Under the pieces are notes generated by a model. That model was not told the origin of the DNA, did not search any database, and worked only from the letters and a program-made list of their open reading frames with translations. A stretch of 63,241 nucleotides of DNA, filler included, from Octopus bimaculoides (lineage: Eukaryota): the NCBI RefSeq assembly GCF_001194135.2. It is 9 parts of 7 records of this genome, joined end to end, with 100 filler letters (N's around TTAATTAATTAA, not from the genome) between each part and the next. Parts side by side here need not be neighbours in the genome. Positions count along the whole stretch, not along the records: positions 46,783 to 53,621 come from NC_068989.1; positions 53,722 to 59,389 come from NC_068983.1; positions 59,490 to 63,241 come from NC_069000.1; 6 more parts are not named here. One strand, given 5' to 3'. Made by a program: the position numbers and the translations under genes. Positions 50,986 to 61,962 of this stretch are shown piece by piece (the stretch's first letter is position 1; each line of letters begins with the position of its first letter).

Positions 50986-51604
50986 GTATATATACATACA
51001 TACACATAAATATACGTGTATAATCTATATATACATGTGTGTGTGCGTGCGTGCATGTGTGTGTATATATACACTCGTTCATGCACTAGGAGTGTGGGTG
51101 CCTATGTATGCATCTATACACGATAAAATAAAAGATAATCGATTTCGTGTATTCTTCATAGAAATCCTTTTGTTCATTTGGTATGTAACATAGAGTGCTG
51201 GAATCCGCATTAGCCGACACAGTGCCAATGATAAAACGTTTCTCTGAAAGTAGCATTTCAAAAAGCATTCAAAAATATCACCTTGTTTTATAAATATCAC
51301 GTGTTTTTTGAAAGCATCAAAATAAAAATATTAAGGATACTTATTTCTTAGAAATATACAAGCGTTTTACGTTGAAAAATATAATTGAAATTTGCTAAAC
51401 ATCTGTTTTTCAATTACTCGCCGTTTTAAATTATGGGAAATACTGTAATTAAATTCATTGTTAATGTTTTTGAGTGCTCGCTTAAATATGTCTCAACATG
51501 TATTTGGTAGACGTTCGTAATATTGTTGGTGTGCATATTATGAATAAACAAATAATACTAATAATAATTATAATTGTCATATTCAGTATCATCATAATTA
51601 TTAT

Positions 51605-51815
51605 TAACCCGACAAGCAGAGAGAATGTTTAGCCCGTTGGAAAAAGTGCTTAGTGACATTTCGTCCGTTTTGAGTTCAAACTTTACCGAGGTCAACTTTC
51701 CCTTTTTATTCTTTCGAGGTCGATTAACTAAATACCAGTCAAGTATCGAGATGTATGTAATCGAATAAGCCACCCAGCCAACAAACTTTCCGGCCTGGTG
51801 CCTTTAGCAGAAAGG
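51605..51815 (+). mobile_element. SINE family B, diverged, ending in (ATT)n
   Basis: GAGTTCAAACTTTACCGAGGTCAACTTTCCC...TTTCGAGGTCGATTAACTAAATACCAG...GGCCTGGTGCC. Confidence 0.8.
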
Positions 51816-51877
<62 letters not shown>

Positions 51878-51878
<1 letters not shown>

Positions 51879-52430
51879 GAGTGGGAGAGCAGTGCTTGCC
51901 ATCAAAATGACACTGGGGTAAAATATACGAAGCCCAGTATACCAATCATGACTACCCGTCTGATAAGGGTACACCAGGCACATGCATCACAACCATATGT
52001 ACGCGACACAGTGATCTCATCAAGATAAACAGTGCATGACCGTGCAGGTGGGGCCCAGTTAGAATTTTCTTCAGGTCGAGTAGCCTGTCCCACTCAAAAG
52101 GTCCCTGAATAAGGTTCGTTTAAGGATGTTGAGCAAAACACCCATGTTTCCAAAGGTGAATTATTCAAACCCCAAAGAATTCCTCTCAACACATGGCTAT
52201 GATGCTCCCCCACTACTTCTGCTCATGATCAGAGATGCACACATCGCCAGCCATCAAGGGACATGCTCAAATGGTTAAGATCAAACAACTGACAAGCAAA
52301 TCTGTGGTATTAAGTAGAATATTTGCTGTAGCCCATCTTTTATACCAAGCCAAAACTATGTACATGATAACACTTCCAATCAATTAAGATCAGAAGCCAT
52401 GAGAGCCACTGCCTGGTACTGCATCCGGGC
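51878..52430. mobile_element. Unclassified ~550-bp non-coding element flanked by (ATT)n arrays
   Basis: Bounded by (ATT)n on both sides. Its 3' ~220 bp recurs at 60590-60811. No recognisable ORF. Confidence 0.8.
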
Positions 52431-52472
<42 letters not shown>

Positions 52473-52498
52473 GTTGTTGTTGTTGTTGTTGTTGTTAT

Positions 52499-52557
52499 TA
52501 AGGCGGCGAGCTGGCAGAATCGTTAGCACGTCGGGCAAAATGCTAAGTGGCATTTCG
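52499..52557 (+). mobile_element. SINE family B, 5' head only
   Basis: AAGGCGGCGAGCTGGCAGAATCGTTAGCACGTCGGGCAAAATGCTAAGTGGCATTTCG. Confidence 0.85.
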
Positions 52558-53055
52558 CGTGGTACCCACTTGTCCATCTTTTTACCATACCGATTTCTTT
52601 CAAATAATCCAATACAGTTGGAATTGAAACATCAAACCTTGATGCTAACTCACGCGTAGTTTGAGATGTATCCGCTTCTACTGCAGTTCCCAGCTCATCA
52701 TCATCCAACTTGGTCTCAGGTCTACCAGGGAGATGATTTTCAAGAGTAAAGTCACCAGACCAGAATTTCTCAAACCATCGATGTACAGAGCGCTCATTCG
52801 TCACATTTTCACCAAACACCTCATTGATGTTTAGAGCTGTCTTGGATGCATTGTTCCCTGACGGAACTCATATTGATAAACAACACTAATTTTTGATTTA
52901 TCCATAGCTTCACAAAAATAGATTTACCAGAGAAAACTCACAATATAATCATACACTATGAATTGCATTTCGAAAAGTGATGTACCTATTCAATATTGTA
53001 AAACAAAGAATTGTCAGGATAAAACATTCGGTCATTATATCTTAATGACCTGATA
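52556..53055 (-). mobile_element. Mariner (cecropia/Hsmar1-like) 5' fragment: TIR and DNA-binding domain
   Basis: FGENVTNERSVHRWFEKF.SGDFTLE..PGRPE..DDDEL..VEAD..QTTRELA..IG...DKWVP; TIR-like TATCAGGTCA at the 53055 end. Truncated at the WVP motif. Confidence 0.9.
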
Positions 53056-53721
53056 TATACATATATATATCGTTGCTATTATGTAAAAATGTCGTAAGTC
53101 CAAAACGTTACTTCTTCAGAAAACGAAAAAATAGTTTCACCATTCCATTTCTTTTTACATTCGCAACAGTTTCAGCTTAACAATAATACTTTGTTGGGTG
53201 CATGAAATCGTATCTCCATGCATATATGATATTTTCAGTCGGAAATATCTTTGCAAAGCTGTGGTATGGGGGATTTACTACACTTTTGAAAAATGCTAAA
53301 CTGTTACACTACACTTCGACAATTTTGATCTGAAGCAACTGGAAATATGATAGTTTGACCAAACGAACCGGCTATTGCAAGCAAAATTAAATTTTGAAAA
53401 TAAAGCGCATCTAGCCAAATTTGGACATACGACAGTTTAACATAATAGCAACGATATAGTTGTCAATTGTAGAACACAATTGTCGTTACATAAACCTGAT
53501 GATTGCGTAACGCATGAAAGTATTAGTTCATTTCAATATTGTAAAATTGAAAAAGATGGAATTTCATTGGTTAATTTATTGTCCTATACACAGCATACAA
53601 TCTCAGATATATATATATATANNNNNNNNNNNNNNNNNNNNNNNNNNNNNNNNNNNNNNNNNNNNTTAATTAATTAANNNNNNNNNNNNNNNNNNNNNNN
53701 NNNNNNNNNNNNNNNNNNNNN

Positions 53722-55650
53722 AGCATATGCGGACGACGTCACCGTCATAGTGTCTAGCCAAAAGTACATCGAGCTTGTCGGCGAGACACTGAGAGACTAC
53801 GAAGCGGTAACGGGAGCGAAAATCAACCGGTATAAGTCAGTGGGCTTGCGGCTCGGCACCTGGAGAAGCAAGCCCATGCCGTCAAGCAGCGCCTCCGTCG
53901 TGGGACGTTGGACTGACGGTCCGGCTTAGTTGCTCGGGGTCTGGTTTGGTCCAGACCTCCAAACGGAGAAGAACTGGGACAAGATAACGAGTAGGGTGGC
54001 CACTCTAGCCCGGTAATGGGCCGAGAGGAAGCCTTCCCTAAAAGGTCGGGCGGAGGTGGCGAACACGTACATCGCGTCCGTCATCTACTACCGTCTAACC
54101 GTCGTTCCTTGTCCCGATCCTACCATCACCAAGCTGGAGCGCATCCGCTTCCGCTTCTTGTGGAAGTGTTCCGATGGTTAGGCGATCCGTTTGCTGGCAA
54201 CACCCGTTAAAAGAGGACTGGGCATGCCGTGGTCGATGATGTGCGGACACGCGCTGAGACTGCGACATATCTGGCTCTACGTAGACAACGGTGAACAGGT
54301 GTGGTCGCCGTTTGTGCGGTGCGCTTTCCCGCAGCTGGTCTCCATGACCGAACTGTAGTCGTGGATCAAGAAGAGGCCGAGGAAGGGCGAATGGCACCGC
54401 GATTGTCACGTTGCTCTCCGGCAACTCCAACAACCCGGGTCAACCTTGAGCGACTGCATCACAACTAACGCATTCTATAGTGGATTAGTGGAGGGAAGCT
54501 ACGACGNNNNNNNNNNNNNNNNNNNNNNNNNNNNNNNNNNNNNNNNNNNNNNNNNNNNNNNNNNNNNNNNNNNNNNNNNNNNNNNNNNNNNNNNNNNNNN
54601 NNNNNNNNNNNNNNNNNNNNNNNNNNNNNNNNNNNNNNNNNNNNNNNNNNNNNNNNNNNNNNNNNNNNNNNNNNNNNNNNNNNNNNNNNNNNNNNNNNNN
54701 NNNNNNNNNNNNNNNNNNNNNNNNNNNNNNNNNNNNNNNNNNNNNNNNNNNNNNNNNNNNNNNNNNNNNNNNNNNNNNNNNNNNNNNNNNNNNNNNNNNN
54801 NNNNNNNNNNNNNNNNNNNNNNNNNNNNNNNNNNNNNNNNNNNNNNNNNNNNNNNNNNNNNNNNNNNNNNNNNNNNNNNNNNNNNNNNNNNNNNNNNNNN
54901 NNNNNNNNNNNNNNNNNNNNNNNNNNNNNNNNNNNNNNNNNNNNNNNNNNNNNNNNNNNNNNNNNNNNNNNNNNNNNNNNNNNNNNNNNNNNNNNNNNNN
55001 NNNNNNNNNNNNNNNNNNNNNNNNNNNNNNNNNNNNNNNNNNNNNNNNNNNNNNNNNNNNNNNNNNNNNNNNNNNNNNNNNNNNNNNNNNNNNNNNNNNN
55101 NNNNNNNNNNNNNNNNNNNNNNNNNNNNNNNNNNNNNNNNNNNNNNNNNNNNNNNNNNNNNNNNNNNNNNNNNNNNNNNNNNNNNNNNNNNNNNNNNNNN
55201 NNNNNNNNNNNNNNNNNNNNNNNNNNNNNNNNNNNNNNNNNNNNNNNNNNNNNNNNNNNNNNNNNNNNNNNNNNNNNNNNNNNNNNNNNNNNNNNNNNNN
55301 NNNNNNNNNNNNNNNNNNNNNNNNNNNNNNNTAGTTTCTGCAATGACAATATTGACCAAGATTACCGTGGTCTTTTCCGTAGGCTTTTCTTTCCACGGCT
55401 AAACCTAAACTGCCCTCCCCTCTTTTTACACGAGAACATTACTGTCATACACGATCCCTATTGATCGCTTTTTTTTGTCTCGATCCCTTTTGATCGAACT
55501 CTCCCCCCCCCTTTTTTCCTTCCTACGATCCCTTTTATTCGACACCCACCCCTACTTTTTTCTTCTTCCCCCTCCTAAAAAGAAAAGCTCTACATTGTAT
55601 TCGTCCCGTCTTTGTTGAGCCCTGTGTGGCTAATAAAAGAAATGTATCTA
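53722..55650 (+). mobile_element. Tx1/L1-clade LINE, RT C-terminal half plus 3' UTR, split by a gap
   Basis: AYADDVTV (53723-53746), GAKINRYKSVGL, LLGVWFG, SLKGRAEVAN, GLGMP; premature stops; 3' end TGGCTAATAAAAG at ~55637. Confidence 0.92.
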
Positions 55651-55892
55651 TATCGGTATTTATTTTTCTGCTCAGTTGCAGTAAAATCAATTTTACATTC
55701 ATCGGATAGGTTACTCGAATTTACTAGAGTACAAATTTATTATTTTTATACAAGAATGCTGTTGAGAGAGAGTTTGAAGTTCAGCGAGCAATGTTATTAA
55801 AGTCAGTGTGTGTGTGTGTGTTCGTATAATGTGAGTGGGTGTGTGTGTATGTGCGTGTGTTTGTATACGTACATACATACATATATATGTAG

Positions 55893-56045
55893 CGTGGCTA
55901 GGCGCAGCTCTATGATAAGTAGCTTCCCTCACAACAACATGGTTCCGGGTTATGTCACTTTCAGCAGGTCCTCTACTATAGCCTCGGAGCAACGAAAGCC
56001 TTGTGAGTGGATTCGGTAGAGACGGTAATCGGAAGAAGATCGCCG
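55893..56045 (+). mobile_element. SINE family A, 5' part
   Basis: TAGGCGCAG...CATGGTTCCGGGTT...CTACTATAGCCTCGG...AAAGCCTTGTGAGTGGATTCGGTAG. Confidence 0.8.
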
Positions 56046-56287
56046 TATATTGCCAGTGCACGATCTCAGGACCGTGCGTTTGCTCTTTCTCATCGCACCC
56101 ACCCCACCATTGCAGGTTTGCCGGTTTTCCTAACCTACCATCCGTCCACCCAACAACACCAACGCGCCATTCTCCGAGCTTCTGGGGAATCCAAATGTAA
56201 GAACTCCAGCAAGCACATTTTCCTCAACTTACACCTTCTCTCCTTCAAATGAGCCCCTAGTCTACGTGTATCCATTTGATGAAAACG

Positions 56288-57228
56288 TTCGGTCTTAGCA
56301 TAACTACAGATACCAACCTGACGGTCGTCAATTGCTTGGATGTGTCTCTAGATCTAAATAAGAATATTTAAAAACCTTATAGGAAGCCCAACGACGATAG
56401 ACTTAGTTACATCAATGTGGGTTCCTGCCATACCCCATAGTGTTTAAAAATTTAGTTAAAAACATTGGTAAAAGAATCTCTAGCCTCTCCTCTGATAGGG
56501 ACATTTTAAATAAGGTTGCCCCGTTATATAATAAGGCTCTGATACTGGATTTAATGAGGAAATAACCTATACACCTGCCAACAGTCGAGTAAAAAAGAGA
56601 AGAAAACATAGGAATAGGAAAATCATCTGGTTCACACACACTACTCAACTGAAGTGACCTTTAATATAGGCAAGTACTTGTTGGCACTGATAGACAGACA
56701 CTTTCCAGTTAACCATACTTATAGAAAGATCTTCAGCAGCCATAACTTAAAAATGTAATTTTAGAAACATTATCGCACACAACACACAAAAACCGCAATA
56801 TGAAGCCAGCTTTTCATGCAGAGATAAAAATTTGTGCCCGCTAAATGGAGCTTGCATGTCCGAAACTATCATTTATGAGGCCACCGTGGACTCTATATCC
56901 ACTAAGGACACAGTTTCAATGAAGAAATACGTGGGCCTCACGGAGAGTAATTTCAAGGCCAGATTCAATAATCACACTTTGAGTTTCAGGCACTGGGACA
57001 AAAGGAAAACGACCAAATTATCCAGTCATATATGGTCTTTAAAAGATAAAGGTGTCAGTTACAACATCCATTGGAAGATCTTAGCCAAGTGTAAACCTTA
57101 CACCAGAGGCAGCGGAAGGTGAGGTCTATGTGATATGGAAAGATGGCTCACCTGGAAGGCAGCTTAGACCCCGCCACATGTCTAAATTCAAAGACTGACG
57201 AGGATGCTAAGGTTCGCTGGAAAAGGGA
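56288..57228 (+). mobile_element. Penelope-like element (Nematis-like): RT thumb plus C-terminal GIY-YIG endonuclease, decayed
   Basis: VNCLDVSLDL..KPYRKPND..YINVGSCH..RISSLSS..YNKAL..RKIIWF..IDRHFP; CPLNGAC..IIYEATV..KYVGLTE.NFKARFNNH..SF..TKLSSHIW.LKD..YNIHWKIL. Several stops and frameshifts. Confidence 0.93.
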
Positions 57229-57229
57229 C

Positions 57230-57422
57230 TATAGGCGCAGAAATGGTTGTGTGGTAAGAAGATTGTTTCTGAATCCTGTGGTCCTGGATTAAGTCTCACT
57301 GCATCGCACCTTGAGCAAGCGTCTAATAGTATAACCACGGGCTGACCTACGCCTTGTGAGTGGATTGGGGGGACCGAAATTGAAAGAAACCCGCCGTGTA
57401 CATATACATGTGTGTGTGTGCG

Positions 57423-57460
<38 letters not shown>

Positions 57461-57670
57461 AAATCTGAGTTCGTTCCCCACCCCAAAATTCGACAGCCAC
57501 TGCCGGATCGTGTCTTGCGTCTCCGTACATAGCGGTTCGGCAAAAGAAACCGATAGAATACTTAACAGAATTTTAAAGATAGGTACTTCGATCGATACAT
57601 TAGACTAAATGTCCTTCCAAGTGTTGCTCCACCATAGCCGCAGTCTAATGGCTGAAACAAGTAAAATAGC
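57230..57670 (+). mobile_element. SINE family A, full length, diverged
   Basis: TAGGCGCAGAAATGGTTGTGTGGTAAG...CACCTTGAGCAAG...AGCGGTTCGGCAAAAGAAACCGATAGAATA...GGCTGAAACAAGTAAAA. Confidence 0.85.
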
Positions 57671-58149
57671 TAAAAGATATTAATTAAAAAATTATCGCAT
57701 CATATATGCAACAGAATCAAGACTAAATAGTAATATTCTTTTCAATTACAATAGATTTATTGGAAACACAATTTTCCTGTTAGTGTTAGCCTGTATTCCA
57801 ATGTATATTTACGTAACATTGTAGTGAAACATAGCAGATTTTGTATTAATAAACAATTACGTTGAGTTAATTTCAATACTAATTTATAATAATTATGAGT
57901 GTATTTCTCGGTTATTTTAATTTTATTAACATTAATATTACAGTAAAATTTCTTGTAAGCGAATATTTTGCATTAATTAATCTAACGGACATTCATTTCG
58001 CTGTTATATTTCAGCCATCTTCTCAAGATATTAGTGTTTATTTGCATTTAATGTAACAGGTCCATTTTCTGAAATAATCGAATTACTTGTTGTCAGTATG
58101 TTTATAAAACGGTTTTAGAAAAGTGTTGTTAATATATTTATGAGGCTAT

Positions 58150-58400
58150 ACTGGGAGAATAGCTAACACTTCTTTGGGACTTCCAAGTATGTACAGACCG
58201 GACCATCAAACTAAATAAACCAGATATTGTCATGAAACACCATAACAATAAAGTCTGTTTATAGATTGAAATGGGCATATTTTGTGACCATCATATCTCG
58301 GCAAATAATTTGATAATCTGAAAAAAATATAATGACTTGCTAATCAACGGTTATATTACCAGTGATTGTAGGGGCACTTATCAGGAATAAGAGCGAACCT
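58150..58400 (+). mobile_element. R4/Dong/NeSL-type LINE restriction-like endonuclease fragment
   Basis: LLWDFQVCTDRTIKLNKPDIV..K.CL*IEM..CD..KKYNDLLI..LPVIVGAL (PD-(D/E)xK RLE), followed by (TAA)n. Confidence 0.85.
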
Positions 58401-58412
58401 AAGACCAACCAA

Positions 58413-58472
<60 letters not shown>

Positions 58473-59009
58473 TCAATAAATAAATAAATAATAATAACAG
58501 GAAGTACGTACTTTAAGCTTGTTACACGAAATGTACGAAAACCTACACTTGCAAAATCATTTAACACCAGTATTGAACGAACCGGTACCCTACAAAAATT
58601 GATGACCATCAAAATCAAGGGCCGGACGTTATTCCTCATGTTCCGTAAATATAATCAAAAAAGCATAAATGGACACGCGATGAATATATTTCAATCCTGT
58701 ACGTTTATTTTACAGCAGTGCTCTACCCACAGAGCGAAAACAAAACAATACATACAAAATCTGGAAGAAAGAAACCTAGATAAAGTTTTGGATACGACAC
58801 TGAACCCTAATAAACTAGCTAATATATTATCAAAATAATAAAACATCAGAAATAGAAATAGGACTTTTAAAATGAAAAATACATCGGTAAAACTTAGATA
58901 TTAACCACACAGCAATGCCGAAAAATATCATAAGCACTGGGACTGTAAAATACGAAGAGAGACATAATATGTGCAACAAAAACGAAGTAAAAAACGTAAG
59001 ACGACAAAC

Positions 59010-59112
59010 ACAGCGCAGATCTTAAGGAATGTATTATCTGTCTGAGAGCCTTGTTGTGACTTGACAGATGACTAAAGAATCCGGTGCATTTTTACCGACA
59101 TTTGTTACGAAG

Positions 59113-59180
<68 letters not shown>
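59010..59180 (+). mobile_element. R4/Dong-type LINE extreme 3' end with (TAA)n tail
   Basis: TAQILRNVLSV* (family consensus from memory ~GTAHILRKVL), short UTR, then ~20 TAA units. Confidence 0.65.
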
Positions 59181-59182
<2 letters not shown>

Positions 59183-59389
59183 TGACATGATATATGCGGC
59201 AGCCACTGCAGCCACAAAAGAAGCAGGATACTCACTCAAACCCATCCGAACAGGAGTTCTACCACCCAAACAGACCTTGTGGATAAATAACATCCAGAAC
59301 AAAATTAAAAAAAAGAGAAAAACGAAATTAGTAAACAATCAACACTACTAAGTAACAAGAAGAAAACAAAAATACTGTACAAATACAGC
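59183..59389 (+). mobile_element. R4/Dong-type LINE pre-RT ORF fragment
   Basis: DMIYAAATAATKEAGY..PPKQ.LWINNIQNKI resembles the LIYAAA..PPW..RIE.KI region of this LINE group. It starts at a (TAA)n array. Confidence 0.55.
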
Positions 59390-59529
59390 NNNNNNNNNNN
59401 NNNNNNNNNNNNNNNNNNNNNNNNNNNNNNNNNTTAATTAATTAANNNNNNNNNNNNNNNNNNNNNNNNNNNNNNNNNNNNNNNNNNNNTATTGAGTTAT
59501 AAGAAAGACATGCATTATGAACATATATT

Positions 59530-59995
59530 GGAAGAAAGAATGGAAAGGAAGGGAGGAAGGAAGGAAGGAAGGAAGGAAGGAAGGAAGGAAGGAAGGAAGG
59601 AAGAGAGAGAGGGAGGGGGAAGGAATAAAGAAAGAAAGGAGAAAGAGAGAGAGGGAGAAAGAGAGAAAGAAAGAGAAAGAACGAGAAAGTTAAAGAGAGA
59701 AAGAAGGAGAAAGAGAAAGAACGAGAAAGAAAAAACGAGAAAGAGAAAGATAGAGAAAGAGAGAAAGAACGAGAAAGAAAAAACGAGAAAGAGAAAGAGA
59801 GAAAGAACGAGAAAGAGAAAAAGCGTGAAAGAGAGAAAGAAGGAGAAAGAGAAAGAACTAGAAAGAAAAAACGAGAAAGAGAAAGAACTAGAAAGAAAAA
59901 ACGAGAAAGAGAAAGAAAGAGAAAGAGAGAAAGAACGAGGAAGAGAAAGAAAGAGAAAGAAAGAGCGAGAAAGGGAGGTGGAATAGGAAGGGAAA
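59530..59995. repeat. ~460-bp nearly homopurine tract: (GGAA)n then GAGAAA-based higher-order repeats
   Basis: Repeated blocks such as GAGAAAGAACGAGAAAGAAAAAAC and GAGAAAGAACTAGAAAGAAAAAAC. Confidence 0.93.
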
Positions 59996-60407
59996 TGTTC
60001 AAGAGCGGTGGATGTGATTTAATCGCATCAGTGAGTCGGAGACATTCGCACCTACGACTGGTGTTAAGACCAACCCCCCAACGCGCAGAGGCACCCTCTG
60101 CATATCTTTGGAATTTCCGATGACAAAGCACGAAAATTATGCTTTTCATAGCCTTTAAAACCAATCTGATTAGATAGAAATCAAAGTCAGTAGGAATTCG
60201 ATAAACTAATGAATGTCGGAACAAGAACACTGAAATTACGTTAGGAAAAGGTTGGCGAAGATCAAACGTTATAGCCAGATCGATAATTGTGAACATGTAC
60301 GCATGTTTAAACAAAAGTATGCAGGTAATTTTTTAACGTTCAGTGTATAGTGTATTGATTAGTTTAAGTGATTGATTAGTTTTGGTCGTTTATCTTACAT
60401 AACAGTG

Positions 60408-60590
60408 ATGAGCGGCGAGCTAGCTGATTCGTCAGCGGAGCAGCATTTCTTCCGGTTTTCCCATCTGAGTTCAAATGCCGACCAAATCGACTTTGCCATG
60501 TATCTTTTCGAGGTCGATGAAATTAGTACTTATAGATCACTGGTGTCAATGTAATCGACTTACACGCTCTCCCAAAAATATTTCAGGCCT
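60408..60590 (+). mobile_element. SINE family B, diverged
   Basis: GCGGCGAGCTAGCTGATTCGTCAGC...GAGTTCAAATGCCGACC..TCGACTTTGCC...CGAGGTCGATGAAATTAGTAC...GGCCTTGTGC. Confidence 0.85.
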
Positions 60591-60811
60591 TGTGCTGCCC
60601 CCTACTTCTGCTCGTGATCAGAGATGCACAGATTGTCAGCCAGAAAGGGACATGCTCAACTGGTTAAAGTCAAGCAGCTGACAAGCAAATCTGTGGTATT
60701 GAGCAGAATATTTGCTGTAGCCCATCTTTTATTCCAAGACAAAACAATGAACATGATAACACTTCCAATCAATTAAGATCAGAAGCCATGAGAGCCACTA
60801 CCTGGTACTGC
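60590..60811. mobile_element. Partial second copy of the ~550-bp ATT-flanked element
   Basis: CTACTTCTGCTCGTGATCAGAGATGCAC...GAGAGCCACTACCTGGTACTGC then (TAT)n; matches 52212-52424. Confidence 0.9.
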
Positions 60812-60812
60812 C

Positions 60813-60864
<52 letters not shown>

Positions 60865-61002
60865 NNNNNNNNNNNNNNNNNNNNNNNNNNNNNNNNNNNN
60901 NNNNNNNNNNNNNNNNNNNNNNNNNNNNNNNNNNNNNNNNNNNNNNNNNNNNNNNNNNNNNNNNNNNNNNNNNNNNNNNNNNNNNNNNNNNNNNNNNNNN
61001 NN

Positions 61003-61186
61003 GTCTTTTCCACGAGTAACCTTTCAAAATGCCTCCCCCTATTGGGAGTTTTACTTGTTGAAATTCTCTTATCATATGTTTACACGGACCTTTCTTTTTC
61101 GCAAAACCCTTTGTACTTTTTCGTCCTCTGTTTGTCCTTACATGTTTTTGATTTATATTAGCCCTTGTGGCCAATAAAATCAAAAT
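61003..61186 (+). mobile_element. Probable Tx1-like LINE 3' UTR end
   Basis: GCCCTTGTGGCCAATAAAATC resembles the ends at 23121 (minus) and 55637 (plus). No coding part is visible because of the gap. Confidence 0.55.
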
Positions 61187-61199
61187 TTATTATTATTAT

Positions 61200-61233
<34 letters not shown>

Positions 61234-61242
61234 TGCTGCTGC

Positions 61243-61273
<31 letters not shown>

Positions 61274-61295
61274 GCTGTTGTTGTTGTTGTTGTTG
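61187..61295. repeat. (TAT)-(TAG)-(TGC)-(TTG) compound array
   Basis: Directly visible. Confidence 0.95.
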
Positions 61296-61344
61296 AGCTC
61301 TTTATGTTCTATGTTCAAGTTCAAACGAGGCCGCCTGTGCCTTT

Positions 61345-61410
61345 CATGCTGTCGGAAACGCTGCTCCAGCATGGCCACTCTAATAGTTAATGGCTGAAAC
61401 ATGTAAAACG
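61345..61410 (+). mobile_element. SINE family A tail fragment
   Basis: GCTGCTCCAGCATGGCCAC...AATGGCTGAAACATGTAAAA. Confidence 0.7.
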
Positions 61411-61962
61411 ATATAAACATATACGTGTGCACGTGTGTGTATATCTGTGTGTGTGTGTATGTGTTTGTATGCTTGTGTATTTGTGTGTTTGCCTCTGTGT
61501 GCGTGTGTTTGTCTGTCTGTCTGTTTGTGTCTGCGTATCAATTCATAATTTGCTCTTCAATGGCGTTTCGTATTACGATTTATGCTCTAATCCGACATTA
61601 CCTGCTCCTTTATAATAATCGCTAGGATACACACAGTGGAAATCTCGTTTAATCGGAGATTAGCAGTATCCTCGAATTATCCGCACTAATAAACGTTCTT
61701 CTATTTTAAATTTCAAGCATTTCCAGACGACCCCCGCCGTACGCGGACGTCAACAACCTGGGACACGATCTCGAATAACCGTGTTTAAAATGTCGACTCC
61801 AATCTCATCGTGTTACCGACGATTTGATGGAAACTGTACTGAGTCGTACCAATCTAGAATATACTGTTGCTCCGGTATAGTGAGCGTGTAGGCTACAGGA
61901 GATCCAACCAGTTCCCAGTTTTAATCAACGAGTAACGACAAACAGATATATTTTGCCTTAAA

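Noticed and set aside
18826-55402. Long ORFs of 150-505 aa in the ORF track
   Set aside because: They run through N gaps (poly-X). Only the Tx1 RT portion of 23995-25512 and the CR1 APE ORF contain real coding relics.
57120-57122. TGA at an expected Cys of the Penelope GIY-YIG region as selenocysteine (as in some Naiad elements)
   Set aside because: The element has a C-terminal endonuclease, unlike Naiads, and carries many other stops and frameshifts; simple decay explains it.
57195-57224. Hammerhead-like CTGACGAGGAT...GTTC
   Set aside because: GAAA does not follow the stem, and the sequence is the coding C-terminus of the Penelope ORF (CLNSKTDE...).
20620-59445. Recurrent TTAATTAATTAA as a biological motif
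   Set aside because: Always isolated between N runs and has stops in all six frames; it is a scaffolding spacer.
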